From Chloroflexota bacterium (GTDB taxonomy: Bacteria; Chloroflexota; Dehalococcoidia; Lucifugimonadales; Australimonadaceae): 64,000 nt of DNA. The stretch spans positions 93,957-157,956 of the forward strand of contig VXQP01000078.1 of the NCBI GenBank assembly GCA_009838965.1. The letters run 5' to 3'. The notes under the pieces are model-generated. The model saw only the letters and a list, made by a program, of their open reading frames with translations, did no database searches and was not told where the DNA came from. The position numbers were made by a program, and so were the translations under genes. How positions within the stretch are numbered: the first letter of the stretch is position 1; the number at the start of each line of letters is the position of its first letter. Below are positions 55,780-64,000 of this stretch, piece after piece.

Positions 55780-58350
55780 GTGAGAAATCGCATCGCTTCA
55801 CTGCTGTTCAACCAGGTCGGTGTCCTTCTCGGCCTCATCGCCGTAGCCTTCGTGGCATACGTCATCATCGGACAGCCTGCCTGGGCCATAGACCCACTGC
55901 GCAATGCAACATCCGATGTTCTCGGCGGTATGGGCGCAGGACTGATCCTGCTGCTGGTCTGGGCCGGTTGGATGGGTTGGGTATTCTCCCGCGGGTTCAG
56001 GCATCTCATACGGAAATGGCGCTATGTATTCGGCTTGAGCTTCCTCCTGGCCGGAGCGTTCGCTACCCTCTCCTATTTCCATTGGTCGTTCCCCCTCATC
56101 GGCGAGGCTCCACTGGGGGGCGACCTCGGCAGCCAGTTGCGCGGCTCCTACGGATCACTCGGCCTCTTTCGCACAGTCGTCCTCATCACGCTCGGGGCGT
56201 GGCTCGTGGCACCTGTCCTGTTCAACCACGCAGCTGTGTGGATGGGACGCGGCGTTCTCGCCACGAGCAGGGGCATCGGCAGCGGCGTGAACCGCATCCG
56301 TCACCGTGACCAGGGAGCGGTCATGCAGGAGGTCGACGATTACCTCGCCTCTAACGCAGTAGCATCACGGGCAGCGCAGATGGAGACGTTGCGTGCTGCG
56401 GACGAATACCGCCGGAACACCACCCCTCCACGCGGTCTCGCATACATGGAACCGACTTCTCCCAGGCCGGTAACCCCTCGCCCCGCAGAGCCGGAGAGCA
56501 GGCCTGAACGAAAGTCCGACCTGTGGCCAGGCCTGAAGCCCTCCGATCCCGGTGCACCGGAGCAACAGCCTTCCACGGCGGCAACTGCCACGATGGCGCC
56601 TCCCTCTGTCGAGAGCGCGACGGACACAGGGGCCGCCACTCCCTACGAGACTGAATCTCCGCGCGCAGCCGAAGAGGCCCGCGCAACCGACGACCTCTAC
56701 GTCAACGGCACCCTCCAGGCAGACGTGGAAGAGACGCTGGCCCTCGCGGTCCCGATCGAAACCCCTTGGGGCGAGATTACTGTCGCAGCGGAGCCATCCG
56801 CTCCCGAGCCCGAGGTGCCCCGGGCTGCCCCTGCAGTCGCACCCAGTCCTCTCCCGCCCCTCGAACTCCTTGCCGCGCCGGTAGCTGCCGGGAGCATCAC
56901 CGAGGAGCATCTCGTCACCGCTGCGCTCATCGAGGAGACACTCGCACAGCACGGCGTAGAGGTAAGCGTATCGGAGATACGGCCCGGCCCGAGCGTAACG
57001 ATGTTCGGCATCGTGCCTGGCTGGAACCGCAAGGCGATGTCCGCGCGAGCCAGAGCGCTTGCCGCTCAGGAAGACAATCAGGTTCAGATGGAGGTGCGGA
57101 ACCGCGTCAAGGTCGACAGCATCCTTGCACGGGAGAAAGACCTTGCACTCGCGCTCGCCGCCCCCACCCTCCGCATCCAGGCTCCCGTCCCCGGCGAATC
57201 GCTCGTCGGGGTGGAGATGCCGAACAAGTCCTCTTCCATGGTGACCATCCGTACCGTGATGGAATCCCCCGAATACGAACGGATGCTCACCGGCGGAGGT
57301 CTGCCCGTGGCGCTTGGCCTGGCCTCCGCCGGCGAGCCCGTTGCCCTCGATCTGCTCAAGATGCCGCACCTGCTTATCGCAGGCGCAACGGGCAGCGGAA
57401 AGAGCGTCTGCATCAACACCGTTATCTCGTCCATCATCTGCCATCAGGATCCGGCCAAGGTTCGTATGCTCCTCGTAGACCCGAAGCGCGTGGAGCTCAC
57501 GCCCTACAACGGCATCCCCCACCTCGTGACGCCGGTCGTCGTCGACCCGGATAAGGTAGTCCGCCTGCTCAAGGGCGCTATCCAGGAGATGATGCGCCGC
57601 TACAAGCTGCTGGAAGAGGCAGGAGCGCGAAACATCGCCTCCTATAACCGCAATCCACGCGCCACCGAAGAGATGCCGTACTTCGTCATCTGCATCGACG
57701 AGCTGGCAGACCTGATGATGACCGCCTCTTTCGACGTCGAGCAATCGCTCTGCCGCCTCGCCCAGTTGGGCCGGGCGACGGGCATCCACCTCATCGTTGC
57801 CACGCAGCGCCCCTCCGTGGATGTACTCACCGGACTCATCAAGGCCAACTTCCCGAGCCGCATCGCCTTCGCAGTCGCCTCGCAGGTCGACTCGCGCACC
57901 ATCCTCGATTCCGCGGGCGCCGAGCGCCTCCTTGGCCGCGGCGATATGCTGTTCATCTCCTCGGACTCCCCGAAGCCGAAGCGCGTGCAGGGCGTCTTCA
58001 TATCCGAGGACGAGAGCGCAGCCCTCAGCGAACACTGGCGGCAGCTGCCATCCAATGCCAGCCTGCCGGAGATTCCGCTGGAGAACATGGCGCGGGAAGC
58101 CGAGACCGCAGCGGCCGAGGGCGCGGGCGACGGGGGTGACTTCGATGAAGCCGACTCCCTCTACGAACGCGCACTGCAGGTCGCGGCCGCCAACCGGCAG
58201 CTCTCAACGTCGCTGCTCCAGCGCAGGCTGCGCATCGGCTACCCTCGCGCCGCACGGCTCATGGACCAGTTGGAGGAAGAGGGCATCGTTGCCGCCTCCG
58301 GCGAACCGGGCAAGCCCCGGGAAGTCATCTACCTTCCCGACGAAGAGTAG
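55780..58350 (+). CDS. ftsK: DNA translocase FtsK/SpoIIIE
   Basis: N-terminal TM segments, Pro/Ala-rich linker, motor domain GATGSGKS and IDELADLMM, winged-helix gamma domain at the C-terminus. GTG start. Confidence 0.93.
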   Translation: MRNRIASLLFNQVGVLLGLIAVAFVAYVIIGQPAWAIDPLRNATSDVLGGMGAGLILLLVWAGWMGWVFSRGFRHLIRKWRYVFGLSFLLAGAFATLSYFHWSFPLIGEAPLGGDLGSQLRGSYGSLGLFRTVVLITLGAWLVAPVLFNHAAVWMGRGVLATSRGIGSGVNRIRHRDQGAVMQEVDDYLASNAVASRAAQMETLRAADEYRRNTTPPRGLAYMEPTSPRPVTPRPAEPESRPERKSDLWPGLKPSDPGAPEQQPSTAATATMAPPSVESATDTGAATPYETESPRAAEEARATDDLYVNGTLQADVEETLALAVPIETPWGEITVAAEPSAPEPEVPRAAPAVAPSPLPPLELLAAPVAAGSITEEHLVTAALIEETLAQHGVEVSVSEIRPGPSVTMFGIVPGWNRKAMSARARALAAQEDNQVQMEVRNRVKVDSILAREKDLALALAAPTLRIQAPVPGESLVGVEMPNKSSSMVTIRTVMESPEYERMLTGGGLPVALGLASAGEPVALDLLKMPHLLIAGATGSGKSVCINTVISSIICHQDPAKVRMLLVDPKRVELTPYNGIPHLVTPVVVDPDKVVRLLKGAIQEMMRRYKLLEEAGARNIASYNRNPRATEEMPYFVICIDELADLMMTASFDVEQSLCRLAQLGRATGIHLIVATQRPSVDVLTGLIKANFPSRIAFAVASQVDSRTILDSAGAERLLGRGDMLFISSDSPKPKRVQGVFISEDESAALSEHWRQLPSNASLPEIPLENMAREAETAAAEGAGDGGDFDEADSLYERALQVAAANRQLSTSLLQRRLRIGYPRAARLMDQLEEEGIVAASGEPGKPREVIYLPDEE

Positions 58351-58413
58351 CCTTACCTCTCCGTGCCTCATCACCACACGCGGCGTGCCATAAGTCACGC
58401 TTGCCGCTTCTGT

Positions 58414-58419
58414 TAGAAT
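58414..58419 (+). promoter_or_regulatory. Extended -10 candidate TGTTAGAAT upstream of the DUF59 gene
   Basis: TG at 58411-58412, one nt, then TAGAAT. GGGAGGAG SD follows. Confidence 0.35.
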
Positions 58420-58450
58420 CTCCTCATACAGGCGGGAGGAGAGTGACGCC

Positions 58451-58765
58451 ATGGCCGCTGAAGTGACGGTGGAAGAAGTAACCGAGGCGCTGAAGGATGT
58501 GTACGACCCCGAGATCCCGGTGAACGTCGTCGACCTCGGCCTCATCTACGGTATCGAAGTGGACGACGACAGCAACGTCCACGTCGACATGACCCTCACC
58601 GCCGCCGGATGCAGCATGGGGCCGTTCATCGCACAGCAGGCCGAATGGGCCATCGCCGACATCGACGGGGTCAGAGACGTGAACGTCGAGATCTCGTTCG
58701 ACCCGCCCTGGTCGCCCGACCGCATCACCGAAGACGGGCGCAAGCTGCTCGGCCTCGACGACTAA
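58451..58765 (+). CDS. DUF59-family Fe-S assembly protein (SufT/PaaD-like)
   Basis: V.EALK.VYDPEIPVNVVDLGLIY......V.V.MTLT..GC. Confidence 0.85.
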   Translation: MAAEVTVEEVTEALKDVYDPEIPVNVVDLGLIYGIEVDDDSNVHVDMTLTAAGCSMGPFIAQQAEWAIADIDGVRDVNVEISFDPPWSPDRITEDGRKLLGLDD

Positions 58766-58827
58766 CCGCGACCGGCCGCGTAACGCTGGGCATACGGGGC
58801 CGCGCCCCGGGAAGGCAGCACGCCCCT

Positions 58828-59682
58828 ATGACGATGAGCGAAGAACAGCGGCAGGCGCGCCTGGCGCAGATCAAGCGCCAGTGGGAGCAACGCCGCGCCA
58901 TCAGCCGGTCGCTCGGCAAGATCAAGACCAAGATAGGCGTCTACAGCGCCAAGGGCGGCGTCGGCAAGACCACCGTCGCCGTCAACCTTGCTGCGTACCT
59001 TGCAGAGAAGGGCTACAAGGTCGGCCTGCTCGACGCCGACATCGACACGCCCAACGCACCTGAAGTGCTCGGCAGTGACGCCCACCCTGAGGCCGCGGAC
59101 GGGCGCATCAAGCCTGCGGAAGCCTTCGGTGTGAAGGCCGTCTCCATGTCCTACTTCCAGCAGGACCCGGAAGAAGCCATCATCTGGCGCGGGCCCATGA
59201 TCCACAACGCCATCAACCAGTTCCTGCAGATGACGGACTGGGGCGAGATCGACTTCCTCGTCGTCGACATGCCGCCCGGTACGTCGGACGCGCCCCTCAC
59301 CGTCATGCAGGTGCTGACGATGGACGGCTTCGTCGTCGTGACCACGCCTCAGAGCCTCGCGGCACTGGACGCCAAGCGCTCCATCAACATGATCCGCAAG
59401 CTCAACGTCGAGGTGCTGGGCGTCGTCGAGAACTACGTGGGCGAGGTGTTCGGTTCCGGCGCGGGCCGTGAGCTCGCCAACGATCTCTCCCTGCCTTTCC
59501 TCGGCGAGGTCGCGCTGCGCGCCGACTACCGGGACGACTCGCAACCCACGGTGCTTGCCAGTACCGACGTCCGCGCCGAGTACGACGCCATCTGGGCCGC
59601 GCTCGAAGAGCGCCTCACCGAACTCGAAGCGATGCCGGAGCAGCAGGCTGTTGCAGAAGGAGCGGGCGATGAGCCTCGCTGA
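58828..59682 (+). CDS. Mrp/ApbC/NBP35-family P-loop ATPase lacking any cysteine
   Basis: Deviant Walker A SAKGGVGKTT, then DADI, DMPPGTSD and VENY blocks. There is no CxxC where Mrp proteins have it, and no Cys anywhere in the protein. Confidence 0.85.
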   Translation: MTMSEEQRQARLAQIKRQWEQRRAISRSLGKIKTKIGVYSAKGGVGKTTVAVNLAAYLAEKGYKVGLLDADIDTPNAPEVLGSDAHPEAADGRIKPAEAFGVKAVSMSYFQQDPEEAIIWRGPMIHNAINQFLQMTDWGEIDFLVVDMPPGTSDAPLTVMQVLTMDGFVVVTTPQSLAALDAKRSINMIRKLNVEVLGVVENYVGEVFGSGAGRELANDLSLPFLGEVALRADYRDDSQPTVLASTDVRAEYDAIWAALEERLTELEAMPEQQAVAEGAGDEPR

Positions 59683-59815
59683 CCGTCGCTACGTCCAGAA
59701 GCACAAGCCGGGCAAGCACAACCGCAAGAAGTTCACCGCACCCCCGAAGCCCAACGCGCAACTGCGCAAGGAACTGCGGGAGATACTCGAGCAGCCGAAA
59801 CCGCCCGAGGACTGA
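59669..59815 (+). CDS. Possible small basic protein (48 aa)
   Basis: ATG preceded by GAAGGAG. Overlaps the ATPase gene end by 14 nt. Lys/Arg/Pro rich. No family recognised. Confidence 0.3.
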   Translation: MSLADRRYVQKHKPGKHNRKKFTAPPKPNAQLRKELREILEQPKPPED

Positions 59816-59821
59816 GCGCGC

Positions 59822-60781
59822 TCACTCGCCCCGTCTGCTGCGCTGGCTCTCGATGACCGCCTGCACCAGCTCCTCCGCCTCGTCACGGGACGACGCAACT
59901 GCAAAGTAGAGCGTCCGCCCATAGCGTTTCGCCGTCAGGTGCCATTCATCGTCTAACGAGCGGTAGTGCGCCTCCTCGCTATCCAGCGTTATCGCTTCGA
60001 GCCGCGCCGCTGAGACGACGCGTCCCCACAGCGCCCCTACGAGGAATGCGGGGTAGCTCGATTCCGCGACCACGATGATGCCGGCGCCTGTGCCGCGAAG
60101 CACGTCCGAGTTGATCTCGGGCGGCACATCACCGAACTCCCCGTACAGCCCGAACGACGCCACGTTCATACGGGCAAGCCGCAGCGCTGAGCCGAGCCCG
60201 CCTGCTTCCACACCCAGCTCTCCGAGCGTTCTGTCGAGCAGGTCTTCCCGGTTCCGGATGAAACCGAGCGCCAGCAACGGCGACTGCGGGCCGTCCGGCA
60301 GCAACAGCCAGCCTCTCCACGGGACAGGCTCATGTTCCGCCCACGGCACGCGGTCCTCTTCTCCCCACGCAGCGCGGACCGTGTCTGCCCAAGCGTTGTC
60401 CGGCTTCCCGAACCACAGAGCGCCCCCGTGCGTTCGCGCCCAGATGTCCGCTTCAAGCGCGTCCGCCGCCTCGGAAACGTCCTCAGCATCAGTGAACTCA
60501 GTCCGCGCCGCGTACTCGCGCACCGGATCGATCGCCACACCCTCGAAACGGACGACACGCACCTCCGATTCCCGCCCGTCCGGGGCGCGGATGGCAACTG
60601 CCGAGGGGTGCTGAGGCGTTATAAAGATCGCCGCGTTCATGGAAACGTCCGGCGCGTCCCACTCGTCGAACGGGGGAGGCAGGGCCTTGCCCGGCACGGC
60701 GGCATCGTTCCAGTTGAGGAGGGCGAAGGCGACCGCCGCAAAGAGCAGTATCCCGAGCAGGAAACAGAGCCTTCGACGCAT
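59822..60781 (-). CDS. Hypothetical membrane-anchored or secreted protein (319 aa)
   Basis: N-terminal hydrophobic anchor LCFLLGILLFAAVAFALL. Starts 2 nt after the uvrB stop. Confidence 0.5.
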   Translation of the reverse strand: MRRRLCFLLGILLFAAVAFALLNWNDAAVPGKALPPPFDEWDAPDVSMNAAIFITPQHPSAVAIRAPDGRESEVRVVRFEGVAIDPVREYAARTEFTDAEDVSEAADALEADIWARTHGGALWFGKPDNAWADTVRAAWGEEDRVPWAEHEPVPWRGWLLLPDGPQSPLLALGFIRNREDLLDRTLGELGVEAGGLGSALRLARMNVASFGLYGEFGDVPPEINSDVLRGTGAGIIVVAESSYPAFLVGALWGRVVSAARLEAITLDSEEAHYRSLDDEWHLTAKRYGRTLYFAVASSRDEAEELVQAVIESQRSRRGE

Positions 60782-60783
60782 CC

Positions 60784-62892
<2,109 letters not shown>

Positions 62893-62968
62893 CTTCGAGT
62901 GTCCCTCACCCTCCTAATTTCGCCGACAGCGCCGTTCAGGGCAACCATGGGCTGTATGCGTACTCCTT

Positions 62969-63367
62969 TTACTTGACGTTCTTCAAGAGGGTGAGGGCTT
63001 TCTGGAGCTGGTTGAGGCGACGGGTGTTCCTCTGGGTTTCTCCAACCCTGACTCCGACGTTCAGGGCGATGCGCACAGCCTGCGTCCTGACGCGGGGATT
63101 GGGGTCTTCCATGAGTCCGCTGAGCGTGGCCATACCCTTGAGGGCTAACCCGTGAAGCTCAGCGAACGCCAAGTTGGATGCGTCCTCACGCAACCGCCGG
63201 AGTTCATCCCGGAAGACAGGGTCCTGCCGCCAGCGCGTGAGGGTGGAGATGTTAATCTCCGCCATCCTTGCGCCCTCTTCGTTCGTGGTGGCGGCAGCGA
63301 GGTACGGGAGCGCCATCACCTGCCTGTCGGAAAGTTCCCGGGGGAATGACTGCTCATTTCTGCTCAT
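62969..63367 (-). CDS. Small HTH-like protein with HEAT-like C-terminus (132 aa; start may be further upstream, up to 63433)
   Basis: MSRNEQSFPRELSDRQVMALPYLAAATTNEEGARMAEINISTLTRWRQDPVFRDEL resembles small DNA-binding HTH proteins. Its 5' region is duplicated at 17330-17500. Confidence 0.5.
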   Translation of the reverse strand: MSRNEQSFPRELSDRQVMALPYLAAATTNEEGARMAEINISTLTRWRQDPVFRDELRRLREDASNLAFAELHGLALKGMATLSGLMEDPNPRVRTQAVRIALNVGVRVGETQRNTRRLNQLQKALTLLKNVK

Positions 63368-63649
63368 AGGGCGTGTTTCCACTCGTAAATCAGGAGGTTC
63401 GGATGAGCAGTCCGGCTGCTCAATACTGCTCATCCGCTGCTCTTTCCGCATCTGTTTATGCTTTTCCCACTCATTCCGGGTCACTCCTTCCGTTCCGCGT
63501 GAGAGGGCACCCGCAAGGGGGCGCTTCCACAGGGTAGGAAGGGCGGCATCGTCGGCGCAATGGGCAGATGTCACAGATATGACACGGCCTTGGCGCGAGT
63601 AAGCCAAGCCGCATTCTTGCGAAGGACCGCGTGCGCTGCCTGCGCACCT

Positions 63650-63715
63650 GGATTCCCGCCGGTGCGGGAATGACGGGTAAGGGCTACGAGGTTCCTGCCT
63701 CCGCAGGAACGACGG
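63650..63715. repeat. Two adjacent REP-like hairpins
   Basis: GGATTCCCGCCGGTGCGGGAATGACGG (63650-63676). TACGAGGTTCCTGCCTCCGCAGGAACGACGG (63685-63715) is the inverted counterpart of 13310-13339. Confidence 0.65.
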
Positions 63716-63720
63716 GAAGT

Positions 63721-64000
63721 TCACTCGTAGATGTCGCGGAGGGCGGCGTCGAGATCGGTGTGGCGGAAGGCGTAGCCGGAGGCGAGAGCGGCGGCGGGGA
63801 GGGCACGGCGACTGTTCAGCAGTTCGGTTGCGAACTCGCCCAGCGCCAGCCTGAGCGCGAATGTGGGCGCGGGCGCGAACGCGGGACGGTGCAGAACACG
63901 CCCCAACGCGCTTGCAACCTCACGCTGGCGTGCCGGATCAGGAGCGCAGACGTTCAGCGGCCCCTGCACGGCCTCGTTGTCCAGCGCGTGGAGGATGAGG
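63721..64000 (-). CDS. C-terminal part of an epimerase-family protein (TIGR01777/DUF1731-type, YfcH-like); 5' end lies outside the window
   Basis: ...NVCAPDP..Q.E...ALGRVLHRPAF.PAP.FALRLALGEFA.ELL.S.R..P..L..SGY.F.. is a typical DUF1731 tail. Confidence 0.7.
   Translation of the reverse strand, partial: LILHALDNEAVQGPLNVCAPDPARQREVASALGRVLHRPAFAPAPTFALRLALGEFATELLNSRRALPAAALASGYAFRHTDLDAALRDIYE

Noticed and set aside
20753-58035. Other long antisense or alternative-frame ORFs: 20753..22039 (+), 23132..24775 (-), 33677..35500 (-), 36492..38732 (-), 40540..42402 (+), 56365..58035 (-).
   Set aside because: Each lies opposite or out of frame to a confidently identified gene (bicupin, beta-propeller/yidC, clpC, lipA/enolase, metG, ftsK). 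All have low-complexity, Arg-rich translations.

Overview
High-GC (about 65%) chromosomal window, densely packed with housekeeping genes on both strands. I saw no transposase, integrase, CRISPR array or tRNA gene. Gene content (short YidC with Jag, ClpC-RadA, RNase J, lipoproteins with Pro/Thr-rich tethers, TTT transporter) suggests a monoderm-type lineage such as Chloroflexota, but that is inference only.

Recognised genes:
- Translation and RNA: pheT, pheS, infC-rpmI-rplT, rpmH-rnpA-yidD-yidC-jag, rplS, rpsA, rpmF, metG, rsmI, der, nusB, rnj, and a stand-alone 5S rRNA.
- DNA metabolism: priA, radA, uvrB, ftsK, rnhA, and a family-4 UDG.
- Cofactors: moeA, moaA, moaC, lipA.
- Lipid synthesis: plsY, fabD, acpP.
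- Other: clpC, hsp20, pfkA, def, an acyl-CoA dehydrogenase, a TctC/TctA transporter and several enzymes.

Items most worth follow-up:
1. An in-frame TGA sits exactly at the first Cys of the CxxC motif of a DipZ-like thioredoxin-fold lipoprotein. A Cys-containing paralog lies next to it. This is a candidate selenoprotein.
2. Four tandem genes in an A-B-A-B pattern encode paralogous small proteins of about 135 aa, each with four hydrophobic segments. I could not match them to any family.
3. An 850-nt non-coding region contains helically phased repeats and ATGAGCAG words. It duplicates the 5' end of a small HTH gene 46 kb away.
4. The 5S rRNA gene has its own consensus promoter and terminator.
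5. Several dispersed REP-like hairpin families occur in the window.
6. Smaller oddities: a His-rich MoeA N-terminus, a 110-nt yidC/jag dual-coding overlap, a Cys-free Mrp ATPase, and divergent OTCase motifs.

All calls come from reading the sequence and the ORF translations by eye. No searches or folding were run.
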